The position numbers and the translations under genes were made by a program. A stretch of DNA of 64,000 bases from Octopus sinensis (taxonomy: Eukaryota), in the NCBI RefSeq assembly GCF_006345805.1, contig NC_043005.1, positions 60,822,001 to 60,886,000 of the forward strand, written 5' to 3'. Within the stretch, counting starts at the first letter, position 1. Every line of letters starts with the position of its first letter. Under the pieces are notes generated by a model. It did no database searches. It was not told where the DNA came from and saw nothing but the letters and a program-made list of their open reading frames with translations. Of this stretch, positions 12,936 through 26,775 are shown piece after piece.

Positions 12936-12993
<58 letters not shown>

Positions 12994-13507
12994 TTTCGTT
13001 TCAAGCGGCTGTAATTTTGAAGAAGACTTGAAAGTGCATATTCTCAGAAAATATTCTGAATCTGCTTCGCTTTCACTTCTCAGAATGTATGAAGAGAAGT
13101 ATGTTTGCGACTTATTAACATCACGCCCTAGAGGAATGAATAAGATGACAGGAGAATATATTCAAATTTATACAATGGTGTTTGATTAAATATTCTTCTT
13201 TCTCTCTTTTTCTTTCCTTTTTTTCTGTCGTCTTCTTTTTCTGTTCTTTTCTTTCCGACTGTTATAAAATTGTAAATTAAAAACAGATGATGTCATTCCA
13301 TCAACGTGTGGACGCTGGTTGCTCTCGTTCATACATTACGTTTAAATTCCTGTAATTTTGAATTGTTATCGCTTCTTATTTTGAACTTCACAAAGACAGA
13401 CGTACTGTTGAAATATCGTTCACCTAATAAAATATCTTACGATCGAATCTTGCTCTTCGTCTTGACTGTTTACCTTTGTGAAGAGTTACGCCAATCCTTT
13501 TTAAAAT

Positions 13508-13613
13508 AGAAGAAGAAGAAGAAGAAGAAGAAGAAGAAGAAGAAGAAGAAGAAGAAGAAGAAGAAGAAGAAGAAGAAGAAGAAGAAGAAGAAGAAGAAGA
13601 AGAAGAAGAAGAA
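13508..13613. repeat. (GAA)n microsatellite
   Basis: Directly visible. Confidence 0.95.
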
Positions 13614-13939
13614 TAGAAATGTATAACAAAAAACCCGTCAGGGAAGAATGCTGCGAGATGATAAATGAAATGAAAAAAGAAATAAAGCAAAAAAAAAAGA
13701 GTATTAATATGAATGAAAAGATGAAAGAAATTAATGAATTGGGAGAAGTGAATGCAAAATGATAGTGAGATACGTAAATATAAGGAGATGCAGAAATTAG
13801 CGGGAGAAAAAGAAAGGAATGACCTAAATAGTAAATAACTACGACGGAGATTTAAATGATTAGATAAATTGGAGGCTATATGCTGTAGAGCGAAAGAAAT
13901 AAAGCAAGGGAACAATGTATATGAAAAAAAAAAGAGAGG

Positions 13940-14380
13940 CGTTTTCCACTATAGATACAAAGCCTGAAATGAAGTGGGAAGGATATAATCGAATGCATCG
14001 ACCGCAGTGCTAAATTAATAATTATTTTATTAACATCGAAAAGAAGATAGGTTAAGCTGACCTCGCTGGATGTTGAACTCAGAACATAAAAATGGACGAT
14101 ATGCCGCTAATTGTATTGTCTGGCATGCTAAGGGTTGTGCTAGACCGATGACTTATAAAACAAACTTAAATAATGGTTTCAAATTTTGCCACAAGGGAAC
14201 CATTTTGAGGGAGGGGATGAGTCGATTACATCGACACCAGTGTTTCACTGGTACTTAATTTATCGACCTCTGAAAAGACGAAGTGCAAAGTCGACCCCCA
14301 GCGGAATTTGAACTCATATCGGAGCGACGGGCGAAATACGTTAAGCATTTAGTCCAGCATGCTAACGATTCTGCCAAACG
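13940..14380 (-). mobile_element. Two adjacent SINE family A copies
   Basis: Two bodies (ATCGACC...GAACTCAGAAC), the second ending GCTAACGATTCTGCC. Confidence 0.75.
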
Positions 14381-14685
14381 AAAAATGTCGACAAAGGAAT
14401 CATTTATACAAAGGAGGAAATCAAAGAATGTGAGATAGAAACAGCAAATGTATTGTGAGACAGTAAAAGAGCGAAGAAAATCAAAGAGAAATAGAATGTA
14501 AAATGACGATAATTATGAAAAAACAAATAAAGATAAACATTTTCGAAACAATGATAGAAAAGAATGAGGGAGGGAAAGTGAGAGAGAAGGGTTCAGGGAA
14601 GAGGCGGAATTTAAATAGAGATTTATGGGAAATAAAGAGACAGAGAGGTAAGAATTTAAGATATAAGTGCAGAATTTAAATATAT

Positions 14686-14717
<32 letters not shown>

Positions 14718-15264
14718 ACTACATACATGCACACACACACATAAATATATATATAAAAGCAATCATGCAGTTGGAGTGATAGAGTGATAAGCCGAAATAT
14801 GGGCAAATTTGATCTTTATAAAACGTTTGTGCTTTTCCTGTGATCCGGCTAAGTGCATCAATAATTGCCGAAAGTTTAATGGTGGAAAATTATTTCATCG
14901 AGTAATCAAAAGCAGCTTACCGACAACAGTCGATGTTTGGTTATAATGCAAAGGCTGTTTCGGAAATATTGTCTGTTCGATAAAACTATTGATCAATAAT
15001 AGGTTAGTTAGTGTTAACATATTCACTACGAGGAACATTAAAAAGTGAACTGGAGTAATTTTGAGGCGTCGATGAATTAACTTCCGGTATTTAGTTATCT
15101 TTACGCATTTTCTGTGTTCTAATGCCGCAAGGATCAGATTTTTTTTTTTAATATCCTTCAATGGATAAGACAAAAGAAATAACAATCTAGTAGTGAAATA
15201 GATTTACTAGACAAATCCTTATGGTTAAATTTCTGCCTGTGGTCGAAACATATTATTATTGAGC

Positions 15265-15460
15265 TGGCAGAATTGTTAGCACGCGGGGCGAAATGCTTAG
15301 CGGTATTTCGTCTTTCTTCACATTCTGAGTTCAAATGCCAATGGGGTCAAATTTGCCTTTCATTCTTTCGAGATTGATAAATTAAGTGCCATTGAAACGC
15401 TGGGCCCAATATCATCAACAAGTCCCCACCCCACAATTTTTATCACCAGTAGAAAAGGTT
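15265..15460 (+). mobile_element. SINE family A
   Basis: GAGCTGGCAGAATTGTTAGCACGCGGGGCGAAATGC...GAGTTCAAATGCC. Confidence 0.8.
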
Positions 15461-15461
15461 A

Positions 15462-15499
<38 letters not shown>

Positions 15500-15503
15500 A
15501 TTA

Positions 15504-15534
<31 letters not shown>

Positions 15535-15559
15535 TATTATTATTATCATTATTATTATT

Positions 15560-16073
15560 GAGTGAGAGAACAGTGCATACTATCAAAGTGACCATGGAGT
15601 AAAATATACGAAGCCCAATATACCCATCATGACTACCCGTCTGATAAGGGTACACCAGGCACATGCATCACAACCATATGTGCGCGACATAATGATCTCA
15701 TATCAAGATAAACAGCGCATGATCTTGCAGGTGGGGTCCAGTTAGAATTTTCTTTTGGTCGAGTAGCCCATCCCGCTCAAAAGATCCCTGAATAAGGATC
15801 GTTTAAGCATGTTGAACGAACCCCCATGTTTCCTGGGGTAATTATCCAAACCTCCAAGAATTCCTTTCAACACACGGCTGTGATGCTCCCCCACTACTTC
15901 TGTTCGTGATCAGAGATGCACATATCCTCATCCACTAAGGGACATGCTCAACTGGTTAAGGTCAAACAACTGACAATCAAATCTGTGGTATTGAGCAGAA
16001 TATTAGCCGTAGCCCATCTTTTATACCAAGACAAAATAATGTACATGATAATACTTCCAATCAGTTAAGGTCA
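15560..16073 (-). mobile_element. ~510-bp non-coding TAA-tailed element, copy 1
   Basis: Collinear with 26259-26775 and 27885-28339; 3' end CTCTCACTC|AATAAT. Confidence 0.85.
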
Positions 16074-16399
16074 GGAGCCATGAGGGCCACTGTCTGGTAC
16101 TACATTAGAGCATTTCTGCCTTTAGCTCTGAGTTTCGTAGTCATTAATGGGTGTGCTTCTGGTAAACATTATCGTGTTTGCTTTAGACCACATACGTCTG
16201 TTCCTACCTACCAGCCAATTGTTTATGTGCTTTTTTCTTTGTCATTAATTTTACTTTGTTTGCAAATACAATTGCCACACTTCTCACAGGCTGTTCAACC
16301 TGCGTATCGTTCATGAAATCAATAGCAAATTGCTTGTTCTCCTTTGAAAACACTGACGCCTGTGGTACAGATAAAACAGAGGGAGTAATGCAGTTTTTA

Positions 16400-17140
16400 C
16401 ATGAAAAAGAATTTGCATAGAATATCTGGTGTATCCATAGGTATAATCTTTTGTAATTCGCTTCTTTTGGGATTATATCATATCATTCCAAGTGCCCCAA
16501 TACTAATCGATAATGTTGTTAGTTTTGGATGCCACATTCTTCCGATTTCAATCTCAAGGCCCTTATATTTGTTCAGTATTTCAAACGTCTTCAGAGATGT
16601 CTTTTTATTGGCTGTAGCTGCAACATCTATCAGAAGATAAGTTTTTCAAAATAATTTTTTACTATGAGATTAGGCCCTATCTTTTCAGATCAATCTGAAC
16701 GCAGAAATTCTAAAGGATGGTTACCTCGGAATTCTGAGCAACTGTGGTCGCTTGTGTTCCCAACAATTGTTATTGTGAGGAGGTTTGTATGTGCAGTATA
16801 TTAACTAGTGTATATACTGAGCTTCTCTGTTGTGCCTTTACAAGTATTCTGTTGGTGCCAGTCTGCTGCATCCAAAGATTATGTGGTCGACAGTCTCTGG
16901 ATGCTCTCTGCATATGCAGTGTGATGAGCTGTTTTCCTTTTCCAGGACATTACTCTGATAAAGCCTAGTTGGAAGGGGCTAGTCCTGGGCAGCAATGCTA
17001 TATTCCACAGATTCTGATTTGAAACCAGAGCATTACTGCCTTGATCTACACCATGATTCCTTATTCTAGTCGGATTTTTCCATGTAGTGGCCTTTACTCC
17101 ATCTTTCCTTAATTTAATGTAATGCAGTAGTTTCTTCCGA
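16400..17140 (-). mobile_element. R4/Dong-like RLE fragment, degraded
   Basis: CICREHPETVDHIIFGCSRLAPTEYL, CWEHK, LLIDVAA, GLEIEIGRMWHPK, IGALGMI. Confidence 0.85.
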
Positions 17141-18009
17141 ATGCATATGCTCTGATTTCAAATTCGCCGGACTTAGGTTAATTTTCAAACTTCCAGCGCC
17201 TTTGAAATCACATACTGGTCAAACATTGAGATCAATGGTATCAACTAAAATGTATCTCTATGAATTGTTGGGCTTGTGTCTAAAGGAAATAGTTTATCAT
17301 TATTATTACTCAGAACCACCGCCACCAATGCGAATTCCTGCGAAGGAATACGTTTCCTCTAGGTTCCTGCAGAGAACAAATATACAGTTTTAAAAATGCT
17401 GAACAACTTCTGAAGATATGCAACTGATAAATACCCATATGATTAATGGAAACAATTGCCAGACACATTAGAGCTAACAAATGAGTGTCAACGAAGGACC
17501 GACACACTGAAGTGTACACTCCCAAGTGGAATTTGCTTGCCAGAAATATGTTCAAATATAGATTTCATCTCAAATATCTGATAGTTTGGCATTGTCGAAG
17601 TGCAATTCCCGAATGAAGACCTCGCAGTACGGAATTCCGTTATCCCCTCTCGGAGTGAGAAAACTGTTCTCATTCTCATTTGGATGGGATTTAGGGTGTG
17701 CTGTCAGAAATGATCAGCTTGTGTATTGTAATATGTGTCGTTTTGGAAGGATGCGTGCGACACACCTCTGAAAGTTAAAAATATATAGACTAATAATTTC
17801 GTCCCGAGTAGGTTTGTCGGTTCAGTTACAGGTGAAAGCAGAACAACAGAGAAAATCCAGATTTAATTTATAAGACTAATGAAATAGCAATCTACGTTGC
17901 GGAGACGACCAGCATCTGAAAGCGAAGATATCACCTCTTCTTTCAAAAGAATAATGTAAGTGGACCTTATTTTTACGCATTCATTAACTGTGGCCATACA
18001 GAGAATAGG

Positions 18010-18175
18010 CATTATAGATGCAGGTGATGTGGGTTCACCTGAGAAGAAAAGCTACCTGTTGAATGCCCTCATGCCACTACAGATATATATAGATGTAGTG
18101 CTTGATATAGTGTTTGGACGACCTGTTAATTTCGTGTGAATTGAACGGCAAGTAGTTGGATGTGCTTAGCAAAAT
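18010..18175 (+). pseudogene. Decayed sushi-sushi junction
   Basis: W....KATC / PVECPHATTDI, frameshift at an AT run, then DIVFGRPVNFV*; alternative frame SCELNGK* (TAG where W is expected). Confidence 0.4.
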
Positions 18176-18714
18176 TTCAACCTCATAAATTTTAGATTTT
18201 ATAGAAATGGCAGCCTGTCACTCTCTTTTCATGTTGACAAATAACAATTGAATGAGCTTAGCAAAAATCTATTAATAATTTTTGTAAGTGGTTGGTTTAA
18301 AAGTACGTTGCCAACATCAACATAAGTTATTTATCCTTTAGATACTACCCTTTATATTTAAGTACATATAAACATTGCCCTTATAGAAATAAACAAAACA
18401 ATATATTAACGAGTCTTTACATAATAGACGGTCGTCATCAGCGAAGCACTGTCTTTCTATGTACGAAAGACGTATCTCTTCTCTTGTTCTTTCCATTGTT
18501 AGCCAAGTGTTATGCAAATGTATACTACAATGCTACAAGCACCATCAATAGTATCTCGACCCTGTTCTTAGGCCTGGAAAATAAACTTCAATGTGCCTAT
18601 AGAATTTTATTGTATTTTTATGTAATTTTAGAGTCATTATTTTAAACAATCGATCGACTATTTGTTCCGATAATGTCAATATTATATAAATATAAACGTG
18701 TATATATGTATATA

Positions 18715-18791
<77 letters not shown>

Positions 18792-18869
18792 GTATGTGTG
18801 TATGTATGTATGCATGTATGTATGCACATATATAGGTTCTTTAAACTAAATTTTTTCAATTTTTCAGAA

Positions 18870-19600
18870 ACAGTCAACCGTGTTGGAGAGCATTTGTAAT
18901 TGAGAAAAGTTTAGACCACATGGATCGAGTGAATATTGCAAAAGAGTTACCTGTATGATGATGATTCGCCCCTTGTATCAAATGCTGGCAACGGGCTCAA
19001 TCCTCTGTGATTCTTGTAAAGGATGTAAGTCGTGACATGAACAGCTGCAACGGAGACTACGAAACCGTGGCCAACAGAAAACGACACGGTAAGTGTTTTG
19101 ACTGCGTCCGCACGCCAATTTTTCCAGGGCTGTAGGCTCAATTCAGACGATTATGTCAAACTACTGGACACGGTTGCTACAGGAAGGGTATATGTGTAGC
19201 AGCAAGTTTCGGATGTATGCAACAGATTCAGAAATAGACAGAAGTGGATGTCGAAGAATTTCCACGACTACACTAGCCCTAGTATCGTAATTATCTGATT
19301 GTAATCACATGGATGACTACGTGTAATGGCTGGAGTACAATCACACTTCCTGCAAAACTAATGGCGTGCTGATGGCCAAGATCAAGGAAGAGTCTTATCA
19401 GATACAGAATGAGAAACACATGCGCCAGATCATGGAGACGCCTTGAGGCCATGGTTGAAGCTAAGGACGGCTAATTTTAGTAAACTGTTATCTCCCAGTC
19501 ATACTCTAGTTGATATTTTTGATTCTATTTAGAATGCTTTTTATTTTCGGATATTGCATTTTCCTATTATTCAAACTGTCAAATTTATCCCGAATACCCT
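18870..19600 (+). mobile_element. Degraded maT/DD37D-type (Tc1/mariner superfamily) transposon
   Basis: GCRLNSDDYVKLLDTV, ATGRVYV*QQ, CNHMDDYV, RRLEAMVEAKDG resemble DD37D motifs AGRPYVWQQD and PDCNPMDYYVW; right TIR-like AAATTTATCCCGAATACCCT. Confidence 0.8.
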
Positions 19601-19660
19601 CACGCACACACACATACATACACATATACACATACGCACGCGTGCACATGCTGATAGACA

Positions 19661-19726
<66 letters not shown>

Positions 19727-19843
19727 ATATACACGCACACACAAACACACACACATTTATATATGTACACGCACACGGACACGCAGACACGCACACAAAC
19801 ATATAAGTATAAAACTATATGTGTGTCTGTGTGCGCGCAGGTG

Positions 19844-19878
<35 letters not shown>

Positions 19879-19896
19879 ATGTGTGTGTGTGTGTGT

Positions 19897-20260
19897 GTGG
19901 CCATATGATAAGAACCTTGCTTCTCAACCACACGGTTCCGGATTCCGTCCCATTACGTGGTACCTTGGGCAAGTGTCTTCTACTATAGCCTCAGGGTGAC
20001 AAAAGCCTTGTGAGTAGGTTTGGCAGATGGAAACTGAAAGAAGCCCGTCTTACATACATATATATATATAAGTGTTTGTGTGTCTTTGTGTCTATGTTTG
20101 TCCCGCCACCATCATTTGACAACCGATGTTGATGTGTTTACATCCCCGTATGTAAACGGTTCGGCTTACAAAGAATAAGACCTGGGTTCCATATTTTCGA
20201 CTGAAAACCCTTTAATGGGAGCAGTCAAATGACTGAAGCAAGTAAAAGAATAAAAGAATA
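19897..20260 (+). mobile_element. CORE-type SINE family B
   Basis: CCACACGGTTCCGGATTCCGTCCCATTACGTGGTACCTTGGGCAAGTGTCTTCTACTATAGCC. Confidence 0.85.
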
Positions 20261-20726
20261 TACACGCACACATGCAAAAGTATACATATATGTTCTACTC
20301 AGAATACACTAGATTTGAACTCTCAACCCCTTAAAAGAGTCAATGTAGTGTCGAACTACACAGTATTTTCCACAGGAATAGAAAGACAAGCAGACAAACA
20401 CGAAACCATAAAAGAAATAGAAGAATGAGGTCCAGTAGCGAATGGGTAGCATATTATTCGATGCAAGAGAATAAAACGGAAGTTGACTTCAGTATTATAC
20501 AAACACAGATCATAGAGAAGCAGGACAGACATCAAAAGGATAGTGAGCCGATGTTCTAATTATTCATCGAGTTGACAGATAGTAAAAAGAGTATATGTGT
20601 GTGTGCGTGTGTATGTGTGTGTGTGTGTATGTGTGTGTGTGCGTGTGTGTGTGTATGAGTTGTTATGTGTATATAAACACACACACATATATATGTATAC
20701 ATATCTATAGGGAGAGAGGAGGAGGA

Positions 20727-20732
20727 AGATAA

Positions 20733-20773
<41 letters not shown>

Positions 20774-20798
20774 CAGAATGATAGATAGATAGATATAT

Positions 20799-20892
<94 letters not shown>

Positions 20893-20893
20893 G
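20727..20893. repeat. (GATA)n microsatellite
   Basis: Directly visible. Confidence 0.95.
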
Positions 20894-21229
20894 AATTATT
20901 TTCTCAAAATCGGTACATGTAACGATATCAAATTTGACATCCGAAAATACCAAGAATCTATTGATGTATAAATATTATAATGTTCCTCTTAATATGTGCT
21001 GAATACATGTTTCCGCTTCCTCTATTCGTCACTAATTTGTTTCTTATTCGATTGAGCATATCTGAAATTGCCTGATTTAATACATTTAATTACGATTGTA
21101 TTTTTAGCAAGTTATAACTATTAATATATAATATAGCTACGGAAACATCAAGATTATAATAGAGGTCTGACGTCACCAAAAGACGACATTTTGCAAGAGA
21201 ATGGGAGGGAGTGAAGCAATATTTGATTA

Positions 21230-21510
21230 TACTGATTATAGCAAATTGGTTGGACATTTTTGATGGGATCACTTTGCAGTTACAAGAAATGCATTAAGTA
21301 GCTGCCAAAGTTTCCTTCAAAGAGTACCCTGCTCCCTTGAAATAAGGCTTACAGCATTCAATTTAACTTAATCCTGGTTGCACTATGTCTTTAATAACAA
21401 CTGGATGATCAAAATTTAAATGTCCTTTTTGTTGGTTAGAATGATAAGGATTCACCGGAAGCGAAACACTGGACTATGAGCCAATCTGGGAGGTGTTCAC
21501 CATAGATTAA
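21230..21510 (+). pseudogene. Possible decayed sushi-like island
   Basis: SCQSFLQRVPCSL, SKFKCPF, GSETL; weak, but RVPC is shared with the 34.9-kb island. Confidence 0.2.
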
Positions 21511-21852
21511 AAACCAAAGTATGGATAATTTATGACTGACGCAGTGGATCCTCAATATCATAGTTCGTCCTGTTAAAAATTTACTCAAATCTCCATACAA
21601 TTCCGCATTAAATTTCCCAGTAGTTAAAGAACGCATTAAACGTGTAGTTCTACATATATATAAACAGGGTGTTCATGGCTGGAATGCTTTCCATTTCGAT
21701 GTCTTCGACCTTGATTAATGTGAGGATAAAGACAAACAACAACAGCAATATTGGAAGGATGGAGAATAATATTGACTATAACTGGATTTGAATTCAGAAT
21801 GACGTATTCCATCAGTTGTTTGAATCTTGCAATCTATTGCACTTTGTAAATA

Positions 21853-21993
21853 TAAGGTTGTCCCAAAAGTTCGTAGAAAGTCTTGGAAAATAATGGTCTT
21901 TATTTTGAGGAATAATTTTTGTTGTTTTTGTTAGTACTTGGCGAGTAAAAATTCAATTTTCGCAAGTGTTTACGAACTTTTGGGACAACCTAA
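21853..21993. mobile_element. Tc1/mariner-type MITE (~141 bp)
   Basis: Perfect 21-bp inverted repeat AGGTTGTCCCAAAAGTTCGTA at 21855-21875 and 21971-21991, flanked by TA. Confidence 0.85.
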
Positions 21994-22189
21994 TATATCA
22001 ATTTCCAACAAAGGTACAATCCCATGCATTTTGTAGGACTATATAATCGATTAAGTATGTACTAAACATATGACTGGAATATATTTTATCGATATTTGTA
22101 TATAATGTATGGAAGCGAATTCAGAAAGTTATGAATTAAGGAAAATAAAAATTGCATCGTAAAATAATGATTTATTGAATAGATATAAA

Positions 22190-22690
22190 GCCTCAAATTT
22201 GGCCGAAGGGATCTGTCAATTATATAAACATGGGCATGTCACCGGTACTTTATTTCATTGATAGTAGAAGGATAAAAGATAAACTGGCCCTCGGTAGTAC
22301 TTCAACGGTGTATTCAAGAACTGCAACTAGATGTCGCAAAAGTTTGTCCAGCTGCCCTCGATTCTGCCAAATGATCATTCTGGAAGTCACTAAACACTGA
22401 TTTCTAATATAGATGCAATTTCTCAAAGATGATAACAGTCAACAATTGCTTATATCGAGCCCCATTACTCGGCGGGTAATTTATTTAGCCGAGCTCGAAT
22501 AGGTGAATAACAAAATTAACCTCAGCAGCAGTTGAACTCAGAACGGAAAAAAAAAACAGATGCTGGAAGAACTGCCGCAAGACATTTAATCTAACGCTGT
22601 AATGGTTATGCATATCCAGCGCCCTCGGGAAGGGACCAAACATTGGAAGATATTTCATCATTCCCTTCACCGATTCTGCCAATCTACCAG
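22190..22690 (-). mobile_element. Two degraded SINE family A copies
   Basis: GGTACTTTATTT...GGATAAAAG...GATTCTGCC; GTTGAACTCAGAACG...GATTCTGCC. Confidence 0.6.
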
Positions 22691-23898
22691 ATGTTTCATC
22701 GGAATAATTATTACGGCAAACGGTATATTTGTTGAGCGGTAGAGAGAAATTAAGCATTTGTGCATGTACGAGTGAAAGAGGGAGAGAGAGAGAGGGTGGG
22801 AAGGATTAAGAGGTAATGAAAGAGAAGTGTTTGTACGTGCGTGGAAGAGAATATTAATGCTACGATTGTATTAATGGTAGTTGTCGTATTGCTGAGTGTG
22901 GCCGTGAAGTGAATGGCAGTTTTAACCGTCGTAATAGAAGTAAAAGCAATATTTGCGTTGGTTTAAGAGGTTCTGACTGATAGCAAGTAATGCAAGAAGA
23001 ACAAAAACAGCAACAACTCTAAAACCTCTAGCATCAAAGAGAATAACCCGGATGGAGATATCAGCAACAACCTCATTTGCAATGCGGTCACTACATTAGC
23101 TGCATCAACGACAGCAATGCCAACAACAACAACAACACCGATGTTGTTGAAGCATTTAATTAAACATAATATTATCAACGACAAAATTAGCAGCAGCAGC
23201 AGTAGTAGTAGTAAGGACGGCAATAATAACTTGAACATTAACAGCACCCTCAGTATTAACAATGACGAACTAAAGTAATGATAGTATAGCAATAACGTGG
23301 CTATGAGAAACAACCGCAAATAACACGAGTGAACATAGATTACATTATCCGTCGGTCTGTTAAATTAAGCAGTAAAATTTCCCCAAAATCACACACTATT
23401 GCCATGAATAGGAAAAATAACATTTTGATCAATTTTGTCATAGATAGCCAAAAGAAGTCGGTATTGTAAAATCTTGTATGCTTTTAATCATAAGTCTAAT
23501 GGGTCAAGGCTCACCTAAGTCTAAACAAGAACAAGCAAAAGAAAAAAGAACCTATGGCTAGCAGATCAACCGGCTAGAAAAAGCGACCACGCTTTAATCA
23601 AATCAGGCCACACTGTCTAAAACGCTGGATAACGCAAAACAATCAATGGCCAGCAAACAGTTCACTACTGCACAACAGAGAGTTACAAAGTTAATTTTGA
23701 TGTACCATAGTTTTAAAAATTATAAGTGTATGTATATTCTATAATGATGATTCTGTGTTTTGAAAAGTGTCTTATTTTTTTTTTACTCATGTGTGATTTT
23801 CAAAACAGAGTATGCAATATTTCACATATATGTAAATATTTCTTTTCAAACTTTTAAATTTTGGAGCAGTTCTTTTGTTTTATTATTTATTTATTTTT

Positions 23899-23933
<35 letters not shown>

Positions 23934-24957
23934 CATTTTAAGTTTCCACAGACATTGGCTACTAATGCACTAAAAGTTGTACACAGAGAGAACTAAAACA
24001 GAGGGATAATCATGGCTGAGATGGTTTTTATCTTTCATTAACTCGATCAGAATGACACTGGCAACAACCCAAGGCAAGCAGTCTGTCGTTCATAACTAAC
24101 ATCGTATCAGCACATCTTGAACAGAGAGCGCACACAGACACCCAACCTCCCACATATCATAACACACACACACTAACACAAACATATGCGTGCGCACACA
24201 ATCTAATACACACATACCCAAATAGACAAAGACGGACTGTCTGCACAATGAATTTAATACATTTAAAATGAAAGAACACTACATGCGAAGGACATTTTGT
24301 TCCTTGCAAAAAAAAATTGAACTCCTCATATTTCGGGCCAACTCCTGTACAATTGATTTCAAATAGAAATCAAAACGAACGGGATCTTGAAGCACTACGT
24401 AGTCACACTTATTTTATTATGCTTTACGCTATGAGAACATAAATCTTTGACGATTCAATATCATTTAGAGAGGTCTTTAGCAGCTTTCTTTGCGTTACCC
24501 TATGTAACAACTATTTTTTCTCACTTCACTCTAATCTGTTCTATATGTTTCCTTGCTTGTGCAGGCTTTCGTTTTTCAGTTAGTCTTCTTAATGGTACAT
24601 TTGGTATCCAGTTCCATCTCACTCTGGTGTGGGTGGCCTAGCCACCTCCGTTTCCGGCAAGTTATTTTAAGGATTAAATCAAATCAACAGTTGTTGTTAA
24701 ACTATCAAAATTCCTTGAACCATCCATTCTTTCCGAATAGTCCATAAGCATATACCACAAATTAACAATACCAAAAAACGCAATTGCTGCAAAACACCAT
24801 CAATGATAAATCTATCTTGTTCGACTTTGCCATTACAGCCACTACCAGTACACACAAACACAGTCAAGCAGTCTGGACATAGTCTGCCACAATCTAAGAT
24901 TAATTACTTCATATATGAGTGGACTATGTGGTCATAAAGTAGATGGTAGTGAAAATA

Positions 24958-25230
24958 CGCGTGTTAGTGGTTAGGGTATTCGGCTCACGATCGAAAAGTC
25001 AGGGGTTCGCTTCCTGGAGGCGCGTTGTGTCCTTAAGCATGGCGCTTTATTTCATATCGCTACAGTCCACTCAGCTGGCAAAAGTGAATCGTACATGTAA
25101 TTCAAACGGCCAAACTTGTCATATTCTTCCTGGGAACTACATCAGCCACTTCCACATTAATTTCACGAGCAGGCTTTTCCGTCGATCGGATCAACTGGAA
25201 CCCTCGTCGTCGTAACCGATGGAGTGCCAG
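24958..25230 (+). mobile_element. tRNA-derived CORE-like SINE (family D)
   Basis: TAGTGGTTAGGGTATTCGGCTCACGATCG...GGTTCGCTTCC (A/B boxes), then GTTGTGTCCTTAAGCATGGCGCTT. Confidence 0.7.
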
Positions 25231-26100
25231 GTAACAGGGGTGTTATAGAATATTCTTAAGGCCACTCACTGTGAGAGGGAGAGGCATGCGGTGTACATTA
25301 CATAAGGGCATCGGAATTATCAGAAAACTTTGCACGTATTACCAATCGAATAGTGTAGTGAAACTCTCAAACACATTGTAGCTTCCAATAAACTTCTTCT
25401 TAGAGACCCAATCTGAAGTAACATCTATTTGGGTAGATGTTTAATAATGAATTATAACAGTAACACTGTTATCAATATCATACATTAGACTCTCTACATA
25501 GTTATTCACAATGCTAAAAAGAGCAGTTAAATCTTAGTGCAATCACATTTAACAATATTTTTAAAATAAAAGGACACATCGGACAATGAACACCAAAACG
25601 TAAAAACTACAAAATAATGGAGAGATCAAAGCCAGAACGCCTTTGATCATGGGTTTGTTTAATGAAAGTTGACCTCAGGTCAAAAAAACATCAACAACCA
25701 CCACCACCACCACCACTACAACTACAAAAACAACAATGATGACAGGATTTCCAGCGCAAACAAATGAGAGTAATATGAAAACATGTTAAATAGAAATAAC
25801 AAGAACCACACAGAGAGCAACAAATGATGCGTCTAAGACAACAATAAAAAGAATAGAGAACGGTTATCTAAAAGAATAATAGAAGTGATACACATGTACA
25901 CATATACATACGTATGCACAAATATATACACATAAGCACGTGTGTGTGTGTGTGTATGTGTGTGTGTGTGTGTACGAAGAACTAACAGCGATACTGGCAT
26001 CAACAACAACCAGCCAGGAATCTACTAGCTGCTGAGCTACTAGTCATAACAGCCATATTAACCAAGTATTCAAACTACACTCTACTTCTGCTGCCGTAGT

Positions 26101-26160
<60 letters not shown>

Positions 26161-26258
26161 GACTACTACGACTACTACGACTACTACTACGACTATTACT
26201 ACCGATTATTATTATTATTATTTTTGTTGTTGTTATTATTATTGTTATTATCATTATT

Positions 26259-26775
26259 GAGTAAGAGAGCAGTGCATGCCATCAAATTGACACTGGGGTA
26301 AAATATACGAAGCCCAGTATACTCATCGTGACTACCCGTATGATAAAGGTACACTAAGCGCATGCATCACAACCGTATGTGCGCGACATGGTGATCTCAT
26401 ATCAAGATAAACAGTGCATGACCTTGCAGGTGGGGCCCAGTTACAATTTCCTTCTGGTCGAGTAACCCATCTCGCTCAAAAGGTCCCTGAATAAGGGTTG
26501 TTTAAGGATGTTGAACAAACCACCCATGTTTCCTGGGGTGAATTATCCAAACCTCCAAGAATTCCGTTCAACACACGGCTATGATGCTCCCCCACTACTT
26601 CTGCTCGCGGCCAGAGATGCACATATTGTCAACCACTAAGGGACAGGCTCAACAGGTTAAAGTTAAACAACTGACAAGCAAATTTGTGGTACTTAGCAGA
26701 ATATTTGCTGTAGCCCATCTTTTATACCAAGACAAAACAATGAATATGATAAGACTTCCAATCAGATAAGATACA
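26259..26775 (-). mobile_element. ~510-bp non-coding TAA-tailed element, copy 2
   Basis: Collinear with 15560-16073; same 5' and 3' limits. Confidence 0.85.

Noticed and set aside
17380-17790. Cys-containing peptides (LKCTLPSGICLPEIC, FGWDLGC) as another sushi island
   Set aside because: Cys spacing does not fit without several assumed frameshifts; left unassigned
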